This document shows positions 1-10,699 of a DNA stretch of 64,000 nucleotides, in pieces. A program made the position numbers and the translations under genes. This stretch comes from Mayamaea pseudoterrestris (Eukaryota): positions 248,001 to 312,000 of the forward strand of contig BROI01000022.1 of NCBI GenBank assembly GCA_027923505.1, read 5' to 3'. Position 1 is the stretch's first letter. Each line of letters begins with the position of its first letter. Below the pieces are notes generated by a model. It made no database searches and had not been told where the DNA came from. It saw only the letters and a list, made by a program, of their open reading frames with translations.

Positions 1-1104
1 GCAGCAATCAACATGAATGGCGCGCCGCCTAGCGCCTAGGCATCGACGCATCGACGCCAGGCAGTCAGGCAGTCGTCGAACGTCGAACAGACATGCAGTC
101 GAAAAATCAACCACCAGCAGCGTCAAACGTTCGTCAACGCCAACATGCAAAAAAGGAAAGCTCCTCCACGCAGCAGCCCCAACTGTTGTTGCTGCTATTG
201 TCACTTGTCCTTTGATTCCTTCAAACGCCACCTCAAGTGCTGCTACTGACAAGGAAAGAAGATTGATGTCAACGGAGCAGACACGGCTGCCGCAGCGCCG
301 CAGCAGCCGTTCCAGGTTCCTGTCGCCAGAGCCATTCTCCATACGGCATACGGTCACCTTCCTAGCCCGTTACATTCTGGCAAGTAATGATCCTCTGAAT
401 GGTGAATACAATGGTTAAAACAGCTCACTCAAACTGCTGATCTCCTTTAAACAGCAGCTGATTGCTTTAGAGAATTTGTTGGCACACCCTTGGAGACCAC
501 TCCCATTCTTGTCGCTGCTTTGGTCAAGGCTGACAGCATCTGCGCCCTTGCATTCAAGCCATTGTTGGGGCCCAGCGGTACTGTATCTTGCCATTGCAGG
601 CTGTACCAACCGCTGGGATAATCTAGTCATCAGTTCTGGTTTGGAGGTTTCAAGGCGTGGCAGGTTGTCGAATTGACGGTGGCAGATTTATGACCTTTGT
701 CAATTGAACCGCTTCACCTACAATGGTCGAAAAGAGTGCGAGTGTGTGCCGCTAGAATTGAGCACGCTACCCCTTGCGCGCATTGGCCGAAACAAAATGG
801 CAAGCTGATAGCAAGGATCCTTTCAAGTCGTTGAAGAATTCTATTGGGATTATAATATATTCCCAGTTTAGCAACCTGCAGGAATTCTAGTGGGCCTTTC
901 AATGCCTTTATGTTTAGTAAGACTAATAGTTAACACGGTATTTACGCACAAAGTGCTCGCCGACTGATATTCTTTCGTGGGGCCCGCATCGTTCGTTTTC
1001 GCTTCGGCCAATACCGCAGAGACGGAATCGGTGTCGTACCGGTGTGGTCCCTCGTCGGTCCCTCGCATGTTGTCTTCTATTCTAGAAAAGTGTGCGCGGT
1101 TCCT

Positions 1105-2040
1105 TGGTTTCCGGGTTCTTTGATCGATTTTCATCGCATCGCCATCTTTGCGCTGTATTTGCGGGACCAAGGGAGCATTCCATTGCAACCAGCATTATGT
1201 CATGATGACTACAAGGAAGCAGGGAGTATGATTCCGTTGGAAATATTGCAGCGGGACCAAAATTGAGTGTGTGAGTCGCCTTTGTTTGAACGAGGTGCAA
1301 ACTGGTGACATCTTCAATCGTCGACGCGACGACCTTAACATGCATGCTTTTGGCTGAAACAGGCGCAATATACCATTTAATATATACTTGATACAATGGA
1401 CGAGTTAATAGTCTGGTATTACAGCTGTGGCCAAGGTTGTTGTAGTGTTTCTATCGAGATGATTTGAGTGAGTTTGCAAGAATCGTCCCAGCATGACCAA
1501 AACTAAAAGTTATGTTGCAATTTCGCATCTTTGCATTCTTCAATGATATACGTAGACGATGGTATGCTCAGATTCTCTGTATCATGATTCTGGACCGAGT
1601 TTGATCCCACAGAAGTACGAACTTGCGCAATCACGGATTTTGAGAACCGATGCGACGTTATTCGATTCATGCGATGGCAAGTATCACGCGCGCGAATCCA
1701 GCTTGTAAAGCTAGCTACCCTAGCCATGCCTACCGGTAGTCAACAGTATGAACGATACAGTTGTAATTAATGACAGCGGAGGAATGAGTGTGGATGGAAT
1801 CATTAGAAATGCTGCAGCCTTGGTGCCTTCAATGTCCGGCAATGGGATCCTTACCAGTTGTCTACAATAGCAAGCTGCTGACTGAGCAAACTGGTGTCGC
1901 TGTCTCGGGCTAGCCTGGTATCCTCAAAGTAAAGTACATTGGTGATTAATGGAACATTTGAGCTTGCTATTGAATCTCTTGTTCTTGTTCGTCAATTATG
2001 CCTTGCATACAAGTTTGCCCCCCGCAACTTGCCGTAGGTA
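1105..2040. repeat. Copy A of a ~0.94-kb diverged direct (tandem) duplication, period ~1045 bp
   Basis: Colinear with 2150-3088: e.g. TTTGATCGATTTTCAT at ~1119/~2164, identical GTTGTTGTAGTGTTTCTATCGAGATGATTTGAGTGAGTTTGCAAGAATCGTCCCAGCATGACCAAAA block, and shared end TTATGCCTTGCATACAAGTTTGCCCCCCGCAACTTGCCGTAGGTA at 2040/3088. No intact ORF. Confidence 0.9.
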
Positions 2041-2149
2041 ACCAATTATGGCGGGGGGAACCCCCGCTCTTACGCTAACCCCTGAGAGGGTGTCACGGGA
2101 TTGGATTGGCTGAGTCGTGCCGCATCCCATGCGAAAAAGCGCGGCGGAC

Positions 2150-3088
2150 GCTTTCCGGGTTGGTTTGATCGATTTTCATGGCATCGTCATTTTTGCGCTG
2201 GATTTGCGGGACCAAGGATGCATTCCATTGCAACTAGCAAGATGTCATGACAACCACAAGGAAACAGGGTATATGATTCCGTTGGAATTTTTGCTGCGGG
2301 ATCAAAATTGAGCGAGTGAGTCGCCTCCAATTGCACCAGGTGCAAATTGGTCGAATCTTCAATCGTCGACGCGACAGCCTTAACATGCATGTTTTTGGCT
2401 GAAACGATCGCAATAGACCATCTAATATATACTTGATACAATGGATGAGTCAGTAGCCTGGTGTTATTGTTTTAGCCAAAGTTGTTGTAGTGTTTCTATC
2501 GAGATGATTTGAGTGAGTTTGCAAGAATCGTCCCAGCATGACCAAAATCAAAAGTTATGTCGCAATTTCGCACCATTGCATTCTTAGATAAATAACGTAG
2601 ACGATAGTATGCTCAAATTCTCTGTATCGTCTTTCTGGACCGAGTTTGATCCCGGAGAAGGACGACATGCTGAGCGAGACATTTAAGAGCCGATGGGACA
2701 CATTGTTTGGTTCATGCGACGGCAATTTTGGCACGTGGCGGCTAGCTACGTTAGCCATGCCTATCAGTAGTCAATAGCATGAATGATGCAGTTATAGTAC
2801 GTAACACCCACAATATTGGTTTGGAGGAATCAGTGTGGATGTTAGCAGTAGAAATGCTGCATACTTTGTGCATTTAATGTCCTGCAATGTGATCCTAGCC
2901 AAAAGTCTAGTGGTAGCAAGCTATCAACCAAGCAACTGGTGTCACTGCCTTGGCTAGCCTGGTACCTACCCTCAAAGTATAGTTCACTGTCAGTGATGAT
3001 TTCGAACATTATTTGACCATGCTACATTGTAAGGTCTTTCAGTTTATGCCTTGCATACAAGTTTGCCCCCCGCAACTTGCCGTAGGTA
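2150..3088. repeat. Copy B of the ~0.94-kb direct duplication
   Basis: See copy A; paired spurious ORFs (1082-1396 vs 2187-2441) show the homology. Confidence 0.9.
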
Positions 3089-3110
3089 CTATTTATGAGT
3101 ACAATTTGGT

Positions 3111-3207
3111 CATAGTGCCAAAAACTTTGAAAATCAAAGTTTTTGGCATTACACTATGGATCATAGTGCCACGAACTTTGAATATCAAAGTTTTTGGCGC
3201 TACACAT
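3111..3207. repeat. Two tandem 51-bp units, each a long palindrome
   Basis: TGCCAAAAACTTTGA-AAA-TCAAAGTTTTTGGCA (3116-3148, perfect 15-bp arms); second diverged unit starts 3162. Confidence 0.9.
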
Positions 3208-3537
3208 TAATCGATAGTGACCTCGTGTCGCACTGTGAGCGACTGTCACGCTTCAGCCTGGCGCGCGCGTTTCCATTCGAATTCGAGCTCGACGCGAGCC
3301 TTTTTTCCATGAGGCTCATCGTCCCTCTTGTTGCTAATCCGGTCAAACGAGACAAGACCAAGACCTTGTTGCGTAAAACAAGCATTGAATTAAGAAAATT
3401 CATCATACATCAGTACTGGCTAGTGCTAGAGATTGCAGGTACGCATTTAATATCATCGCCTGCGCATTATTGTCCAAGTAACCGACACAATCTTTCACGC
3501 ACAACTCGCCAAAACATAACCAAGAGACGAAAGCAAA

Positions 3538-5865
3538 ATGGAAGTCAGTAGCGAATCTAGTGGACGAGACGCAATCGATTCATATTCGAGTACGATTCCA
3601 GACAAGAAAAGTCTGATTAATTGGCTTTGCATTGTCCGCGATGAGACGCTGCTCGTTCAGTTTCCATCGCCGAATAGCAAGACTTCCAATCACAGTCACT
3701 ACGAAAACCGCGATAGGACGCATGAGGGCTCGAATCATTCCTCTACAAGCAGCGGGAGCGATACTATTGTTTTGGAAACAGCTCGAGGCTTGTTGAATCG
3801 CGAGCCATCGCACGGCTGGGATGCATTCTCAACCGTCAAGCTTTGGCAGCATGCGTCACACTCGAAAGATCTTACGTCACTGAGAGGACTTCGCTTTCAT
3901 GTTTATCAACGGTTGCGAAGAAATAATGTCGACAGTGATTCATCGATCTCCTCTCGAGTGCTGGTGTGGGTCTACGCCTGCGTCTACGATTCGTCCATAC
4001 TCTCCAAGCATCAGGCGCAAGCCTTTCTGGAAAAGACTGTACTCATTACCGAGCTCTTTCGTGAGACGGATTCAACTTGGCAGTCTAGCATCGACTTTGA
4101 AGCTTGCCAAGAAGGTTACGTTTGTATATTGGAGCAACGTGTACTCGAGTTGCAACAAGCGTGCGAGTTTGGCAATGTTGCCTCAAGCCTCGAATACAGC
4201 AAGCAAATCGTTCAGCAAAACAAGTGTATCATCAAGGAAGAGAAGCAGAGGAGCCAGCAGCATTTCGCAGCAGCTGCAGCTGCTGCTGCTACTGGTCCGG
4301 CTGCGCAGGCTACGGGCAGTCCCCAGCAAGTTTTGGAGCTCAAGGAACGATTGGCATGGTCCGTTGGAAACTTGTCGAGCAGGTTCAAGGCAATCCCACT
4401 CCCATTGCATATTACTTGGAGCGGACAAGCAAGCCATCCTTCCTCTCCGTCAAGCTCAGTCAACCAAACGGCAGAAGAGTCGGCTTTTCGTGCGACAGAT
4501 AAGGATGATTGTCAAAATTATCAAGGGCAATGCGAGACGATCCATGACTGTCATTCGCCACTGCCATTCGCGAGCGGTTCATCGCAAGGCTGCCATGACA
4601 CTCCGCCAAACCGCAAGAAAAGGATAGGAATTACTGGTTACGATTCATTCAATGTATGCGATGCTCATGACAGTCCCAAAGATATCGCCACGCAGTGTCG
4701 CCAGGAGCAGGAAAGTTGCAAAACCACGGGTGAAGCCGTCGCCATTTCGCCGTGCGCCACTGTGGGTGGTACTGTAAGGACAGACGATGGTTTTGAAAAA
4801 GTAAATGGAATCAATAAAATACTTTTCCCGCACGAGGATTCTCATTATGATTTGGATATCAGCGCTGGTGAACCGAAGAAGTTTGAAGCTGGGAGTTGTG
4901 ACATGGAATCACTTGTATCGCATGTGGATGATGGTAGCACTGATAGCACGGACGAACCAGCACTAAGTGCTGTAACAACACAAGCCCCTATTAGCAGACC
5001 ACTCGTTGCGACAAAGTCAAGTGTCATGAAGCAAATTGGCAAGGACATGGATGCTGAGGGATTAACAACGATTGGAAATGTCAACCGCCTAAATTTTAAT
5101 AAGGTTCAGCCAAAGGTTACGAGCAAAGAGATTGAAATTTTGCCGCCTTCGGCCCAAGGAAATGTTGCGGTCAAGGATGATTTTCAGGACCTCGACTTCG
5201 AGATGGACCAGACGATGGCTTTGTACGGGAACAACTCGGTGCTGTTGCACCATTCTGGGTTTGAACTTAATGCTAGTCTTATATGTGATGATGAATTCGA
5301 TGTCGCCAATTCGAAATGGCTGGTACAGCAGTCGGTTGGCGGAACGATGGCTATTGGTGATCCTCTCGCCATTGCTACAGCAACGACGGTGGACAGTGAA
5401 TGCGACGCAACAATTGACAGCGACACAAGTGTGACGCAATATGCAACGGCGAATGATAGAGACTTTGACGAAGCGGTGGGTGACATGATGAATGCTAGAC
5501 ACTGCAGCGACTCAATATCCTCATATACTGATTTAATCACTGACGGTTCGTTTGATCGATGCGAGGCGCAATCGATGCGGAATTCGCAGACAGTGAGCTC
5601 GAAACTGTCTGAAGTCGAAGAGATTTGTGATGCTTCCTCGTTGCCGTTACCTGCAATGTATCAGCAAACAACTGACGAAAGCGCCGCGGTCGCGCGCAAG
5701 ACCAATGAAACCGGCATAACAAAGGCAAGTAAGGACCTTGGGCGTTACTATGAGTTTGTGAGGTCCAGGTCAGCTTCGGATGATCGATTCGCCCAACTAA
5801 CAACGCTGGCCGTGATTGGAGCCGCTGTAATGTTTTCAAAATGGCCCCGCGGAGCGTCGAGTTGA
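3538..5865 (+). CDS. Hypothetical 775-aa protein; N-terminal longin-like (VAMP7-type) domain, long disordered acidic region, C-terminal hydrophobic tail
   Basis: Long intact ORF. INWLCIVRDETLLVQ...LRFHVY...VYACVYD...AQAFLEK resembles a longin fold, followed by SKQIVQQN (degenerate R-SNARE start); C-terminal FAQLTTLAVIGAAVMF. Coding is likely, domain call tentative. Confidence 0.6.
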   Translation: MEVSSESSGRDAIDSYSSTIPDKKSLINWLCIVRDETLLVQFPSPNSKTSNHSHYENRDRTHEGSNHSSTSSGSDTIVLETARGLLNREPSHGWDAFSTVKLWQHASHSKDLTSLRGLRFHVYQRLRRNNVDSDSSISSRVLVWVYACVYDSSILSKHQAQAFLEKTVLITELFRETDSTWQSSIDFEACQEGYVCILEQRVLELQQACEFGNVASSLEYSKQIVQQNKCIIKEEKQRSQQHFAAAAAAAATGPAAQATGSPQQVLELKERLAWSVGNLSSRFKAIPLPLHITWSGQASHPSSPSSSVNQTAEESAFRATDKDDCQNYQGQCETIHDCHSPLPFASGSSQGCHDTPPNRKKRIGITGYDSFNVCDAHDSPKDIATQCRQEQESCKTTGEAVAISPCATVGGTVRTDDGFEKVNGINKILFPHEDSHYDLDISAGEPKKFEAGSCDMESLVSHVDDGSTDSTDEPALSAVTTQAPISRPLVATKSSVMKQIGKDMDAEGLTTIGNVNRLNFNKVQPKVTSKEIEILPPSAQGNVAVKDDFQDLDFEMDQTMALYGNNSVLLHHSGFELNASLICDDEFDVANSKWLVQQSVGGTMAIGDPLAIATATTVDSECDATIDSDTSVTQYATANDRDFDEAVGDMMNARHCSDSISSYTDLITDGSFDRCEAQSMRNSQTVSSKLSEVEEICDASSLPLPAMYQQTTDESAAVARKTNETGITKASKDLGRYYEFVRSRSASDDRFAQLTTLAVIGAAVMFSKWPRGASS

Positions 5866-5935
5866 TTAATAGAAGTAGAGTCGTTTTAAATTGTGTGGAG
5901 TCTTCAAAGTACTTGTCAATAAAAGTGCGTATATA

Positions 5936-8311
5936 TTATTCCTCCACGTCTTGACTCAGAACTGTGGATTCATTATTGACCCAGTACGCTTCGATACGAC
6001 ATTGTATTCTTCCAACTTCCTTGCCATTCCTGAGCAGTGGCTCATCAATGTCAGCCTCCAACATTTCTTGATCCGAATTAATGCCGTTCAGTCCAAGAAA
6101 GCCCAGGACACTTCCTCTTCGCGACGCTCTGACCTTGCTTTTGAACGACAGACTTGAATAGGTGCGACTCGATAGCGACATTCTCGACGATGCTGCTCGC
6201 CACTTGCTATCGTCCGCCGTTAAATTCGGTAAACTAGTCATTTGTTCGTCGTCATCGTCTCCTTCTATTGCCTTATTCGCCTGGTGCATGCACTGTAGCA
6301 AGAGACTCGCCAAGTTGAACGAAAACGTCCCTATTAGTGGATGGTGTCCTTGCGTATTGCCAAGCGTTCCTTCTCCGTCCATGACGCTAATTTTGAGCAT
6401 GCTGCCTGTCAAAGGAACGGATTGGCCATCCATAGAATGCGTATGAACTTGAATCTTGACTGCTTCGTTGCCCCAGTCAGCCTCACGTGTGTGTCGACGA
6501 ACCGAAGTTCGAGGCCAGCCACCCATGGTTTTGGCAACCCTCGCCTTCGTATTGTTGTCATTGCCGGCAGGGTGACTGGTCGTCACCACAATACTCTGCC
6601 TTCGCCGTCCGAGACGAAAGATACAGCTCAACCACCGACACAACCAAAATCGTTGCGCCTGCCTTTGGACACAAGCCTCGGGACTGGCGACAAACATGAC
6701 GTATGGCGAAGGTGCCGTGTTTGGCAACGTTGTTGTTACAGCCAAGGATGCGCTGGAAATGCGCGTTGACAAAGCACCAACCATGGATCCGGTAACAGAA
6801 GACGTTTTGTGCGACGAGTCAAGACCTAAACCGTTTCGCTGCTCAGGACTTGCATCCACTTGCTGTTGCACAATCACCTTGACTTGTTGCTCAACACTCG
6901 CATTCTCTTGTAGATTGTCGTTAGGTTCAGTGTCAAGTGCATTGTCGAGGCATGCAGCGACTTGTCGCTCGACACTTGCATCAATCTGCAAAATGCCATT
7001 GCTATCAGCGGTCGCTCCCTGCGAGTGTTGGTGTAGCTGCTGCAGCATTTTGGTCCGCGCAATACGTTTCCAGAATGTATCAGCGTTTTGATTGATTTGG
7101 CATTTGATGCGCGAAACGTGAAGAATTAATTGGTCCTTGTCAAATGCTTTTGAAGCATCTTGACGATGACTCGCCATTGGCGCTGCCATGGAGAATCGTT
7201 GATGTATGATATTTGCCATGGATTTTCGCTGCGGCCAACTGTTCTGCGGTTCGAATTTTGGCCTTAATACAATTGGATCGTTGAGTTGAATTTCGTAAAC
7301 GCCTCGAACAGGTTTGTGATCGCTCGTCGTAAAGTGCTCCACGCCTTCGTAGAGCAATGGCCGCAATCGGCCATCCAAGTCGTGACTTGCTTTGTACAAG
7401 ATGCGATCCGTATAGGAGGGTCTTCGCTTGTCGACATATTTGTATCCAGGCCCTCGTTCCACCTTGAAGGTTGGTGGAAAGTTGATTGGCAGCGAATCGT
7501 TAAAGCCGACCAAGCAATCCTTGTTTTCCAGCGCTCGTTTCAGTTCGTCATGCTCTCTCAGCGTCATCCAATCCATGTCGTCTACTATTCCGCGAACCTG
7601 CTTCTTGTGATCGTCGTCGTCTTTAACCGTTTCCTTCGGAAGGTCCGTCCGAAAGTTCAAATCGCCTAGAACAAACGCATAGTGACTCGTGATTGTCGCG
7701 TCGTGCATTTCTCCAGCTGGTCTCGTTCCATGCAAAATATCAGCCATGGTGGAACATCGAATTTTGTATTTTGCCGTTCCTTCATGCGCCTCCAAGTGAC
7801 AAGTTGTGAAGGAAAGACGTAGATTGTTCTTGACAAGCAGCTGCGCTTGAATGCCTCCCTTGTTCGGCCGACCAGCCAGACCCGTATTTTGCGCTCCCAC
7901 GTGCAAGACTCTTGCCGAACAAGTTTCTGAATGACAAAAGATTTCGAGTCGCATTTCACCTCTCACGTGCTTGACGATATGCGAATAGGACGGAAGATGC
8001 CGTTGGAGCATCAGGTGCAATTTCTTGGTCCCCAAAGGATCATTGTTTTCCGACTCGCTTCCTCCAGCAAAGGTCGCTTCCTGAAATCCAAGAACTATTA
8101 GTCCTAGTGGAGCATCCGACGAAGATCGATGCATGCCAGCTGGAAGAATCATGCTTGCCGTTCCATCGTAAGGAATCCATTCCGATAAAGACGCTTGGTT
8201 TGGAGCAGTGTTGCCTAGATTGGCTGTTCCCACAAAGACGGAAATGGATGGAGACCTTGCTGCTGCTCCTGCTGCATATAAAGATTGATTCGACGAGAGC
8301 AGGGATGACAT
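5936..8311 (-). CDS. Inositol polyphosphate 5-phosphatase (IPPc domain) with C-terminal C2-like extension
   Basis: Family motifs GTANLG, GFQE, NKGG, CHLEAH, GDLNFR, PPTFK, PSYTDRILY, SDHKPV in a 791-aa ORF. Confidence 0.93.
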   Translation of the reverse strand: MSSLLSSNQSLYAAGAAARSPSISVFVGTANLGNTAPNQASLSEWIPYDGTASMILPAGMHRSSSDAPLGLIVLGFQEATFAGGSESENNDPLGTKKLHLMLQRHLPSYSHIVKHVRGEMRLEIFCHSETCSARVLHVGAQNTGLAGRPNKGGIQAQLLVKNNLRLSFTTCHLEAHEGTAKYKIRCSTMADILHGTRPAGEMHDATITSHYAFVLGDLNFRTDLPKETVKDDDDHKKQVRGIVDDMDWMTLREHDELKRALENKDCLVGFNDSLPINFPPTFKVERGPGYKYVDKRRPSYTDRILYKASHDLDGRLRPLLYEGVEHFTTSDHKPVRGVYEIQLNDPIVLRPKFEPQNSWPQRKSMANIIHQRFSMAAPMASHRQDASKAFDKDQLILHVSRIKCQINQNADTFWKRIARTKMLQQLHQHSQGATADSNGILQIDASVERQVAACLDNALDTEPNDNLQENASVEQQVKVIVQQQVDASPEQRNGLGLDSSHKTSSVTGSMVGALSTRISSASLAVTTTLPNTAPSPYVMFVASPEACVQRQAQRFWLCRWLSCIFRLGRRRQSIVVTTSHPAGNDNNTKARVAKTMGGWPRTSVRRHTREADWGNEAVKIQVHTHSMDGQSVPLTGSMLKISVMDGEGTLGNTQGHHPLIGTFSFNLASLLLQCMHQANKAIEGDDDDEQMTSLPNLTADDSKWRAASSRMSLSSRTYSSLSFKSKVRASRRGSVLGFLGLNGINSDQEMLEADIDEPLLRNGKEVGRIQCRIEAYWVNNESTVLSQDVEE

Positions 8312-8602
8312 GATTCAGAAAAAGAAGGGTTGGCTTTTGAGTTGTGATAAGGAACAAACGAAGCAAGGAGGTGAATTTGACGACGGACAAAGAGCCGAGC
8401 CGCGCGCCCGAGGAGGGTGCAGGCTGACGTGGAGTGAATGACCAAGAAGAGAACTAATGACGAGCTTCAACTATTGCCCCGGTCGCATGTCCGAGTCATT
8501 TAACGATAGTTCGTTTGAAAACTATACACTCGAGCTGATAGTCATAAAGAAACGCTGCGACATGATTTTGGGCGAACCAAACATCATCGATCACCATGAA
8601 GG

Positions 8603-10699
8603 ATGAAGATTGCTCGCCCACAAGACCAGCAATCCCATCCTTTAACGTTTATAATTATGATGCATGCACAAAGAAGACTACGAGCACTGCTTAGCATCTG
8701 GGTTACACTCGCAATTCATATTGCCGAAGCTCGTCCATCTAGTAGCAAGAGCAACGAATTTTATTCTCAGCAATCTACTCCTTCATATTCTTCTTCCACG
8801 TTTCATCGAGGATCATCTTCCCTGCAACCATTGCAACAACGCAAGTCACTCTTGGATGGAATCATAACATTCTTACAGCGATGGAGGCACCGTCGAGGCA
8901 GGGGAAACGTGGACGTTAGCGAATCGTACTTGGAGCAGCAGCCGCCGCCGTTACAGCAAGAGCACTCGCAACACTTGCCGCATGACTCTATAACATCATC
9001 GCCTGCTGCGGAACAAACTCAAGCAGTACCATACCAAGCATCTCAACAGCCATACAATAGTGTCTTGCAGTCGACTGCTCGACAGCTGCAGCATCATTCG
9101 CAGTCGTTACAATTTCCTCCGCCCCGAAAACTACTTTCCATCGCAGCATCGGGCGTGCAGATTGGACTCTTGTGCTGGCTTGGAAACATGGTTTGGAAGG
9201 CATTCATGGAAGTTTTGGAGGAGTACAGTCAGGAAATTACGTCGCAGGAGGATCCACTGCTTTGCAAGCGAGACCAAGTGACTCAAGTCGTGAGCTTTTT
9301 GCAGCAAGACCCAACGGTAATGCAGAACCAACTGGACAGCAAGAAGAAACGCGACAATCTTCCGCCGATGCATTTGCTGCAGATTGCCCGCCAATTGGTC
9401 ATGGCGGGGTTACCACTGACGGCGCCGGCAACAGATCCAAGTGCTACTTCGGTACAATACGTGTTGTCACGCATGACCAAGACGCAAGCGAATATGCTGC
9501 AGCAATGCCTTCGAACGGCGTCGACGGCAAAACCAAGTACAAAATCTAATTCACCTTGGGATCAAGTGATTGGATTGGAGCCCATCAAGGAGCGACTCGT
9601 CTCGGCTTTGGCCTTGACGGTGAACGCACATGGAGACGGTGGAAAGCAGGCGCACCAAAATCACAGACATGCGTTTCGCTCCTTGTTTGACCATTCCGCC
9701 ATGACTGGCATCTTGCTATACGGTCCACCCGGATGTGGCAAGACTCTACTCGTCAAGTCACTTGCGTCGGCTGCTCGCTTGTCCTGCTTGGTGGTGGCGC
9801 CATCGGTGCTTTTGCGCAAATATGTTGGCGAAACAAACGCGCAAGTCAAGGCTCTCTTTGGATTGACACAGCTGCTTGCGCCCTGTGTCGTTTGTATCGA
9901 TGAGCTGGACGGATTATTTCGGGAGCGACGAGACGATGAACATGAAGTGAGTCGAGACTTGAAGACGGAGTTTCTACAGTGGTGGGATGGTTTGCTGCAT
10001 CCGTCTAGTGGAAGTGACGCGACGGCATCCTCATCCTCTACCGGCAGCATTAACAAGAAGCGCATTATTATCATTGGCGCTACAAACCGACCGTTTGATG
10101 TTGACGCAGCTGTTCTTCGCCGACTGCCGCAGTCTCACTTTGTGGGCCTGCCCGATGGATCGGTCCGCGCAGCTCTGCTCAAGCAACTCTTGGCACATAT
10201 TCCCAATACGTGTTTGTCGGATGCTGATGGCATGAACGAGATTGTTGCCATGACGGAGCGGTATACTCCCAGCGACCTTAAGCAAGTTTTGCAGACGGCT
10301 GCTTTGATGGGACCGATGCGTGAACCGACTGCCAGGCCATTGACGACGGACGATGTGCGGCGGGCGCTACAAAGTACTCCGCCAACCCCATTGTCGTTGG
10401 CGTACCGCAAATCGCTCGCTATGTTTTGTCAGCAGCAGTCTCAACTGCAGGCTCAACAGCCGCAATCGTTTTTGCCGTTTGATGGCGTGACACATGCGGG
10501 ACCCGATGCCTTTATTTTACAGCCAAAATGGGAAACAGACATTGGCAACTTTTACAATGTTGGATCGATTGGGGTTGATCATGATACCTTTGACGCGCTG
10601 TCGTTTCTTGTAGACTTGATGGATTCGAGCGATGCATCGGATCACGATGGCATTTCCGACCTTGAGGATGACAATTTTTCGGACGAGGGCGATCCATAG
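8603..10699 (+). CDS. AAA+ ATPase, Msp1/ATAD1 (meiotic clade) type, with predicted signal peptide and TM segment; start may be ATG 8657
   Basis: Walker A GPPGCGKT, pore loop KYVGE, Walker B CIDELD, EHEVSRDLKTEFLQWWDGL, SRH ATNRPFDVDAAVLRRLP. Confidence 0.9.
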   Translation: MKIARPQDQQSHPLTFIIMMHAQRRLRALLSIWVTLAIHIAEARPSSSKSNEFYSQQSTPSYSSSTFHRGSSSLQPLQQRKSLLDGIITFLQRWRHRRGRGNVDVSESYLEQQPPPLQQEHSQHLPHDSITSSPAAEQTQAVPYQASQQPYNSVLQSTARQLQHHSQSLQFPPPRKLLSIAASGVQIGLLCWLGNMVWKAFMEVLEEYSQEITSQEDPLLCKRDQVTQVVSFLQQDPTVMQNQLDSKKKRDNLPPMHLLQIARQLVMAGLPLTAPATDPSATSVQYVLSRMTKTQANMLQQCLRTASTAKPSTKSNSPWDQVIGLEPIKERLVSALALTVNAHGDGGKQAHQNHRHAFRSLFDHSAMTGILLYGPPGCGKTLLVKSLASAARLSCLVVAPSVLLRKYVGETNAQVKALFGLTQLLAPCVVCIDELDGLFRERRDDEHEVSRDLKTEFLQWWDGLLHPSSGSDATASSSSTGSINKKRIIIIGATNRPFDVDAAVLRRLPQSHFVGLPDGSVRAALLKQLLAHIPNTCLSDADGMNEIVAMTERYTPSDLKQVLQTAALMGPMREPTARPLTTDDVRRALQSTPPTPLSLAYRKSLAMFCQQQSQLQAQQPQSFLPFDGVTHAGPDAFILQPKWETDIGNFYNVGSIGVDHDTFDALSFLVDLMDSSDASDHDGISDLEDDNFSDEGDP

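Noticed and set aside
17..1080. Short ORFs at the window start
   Set aside because: No motifs, broken frames, truncated context; possibly decayed repeat but not supportable.
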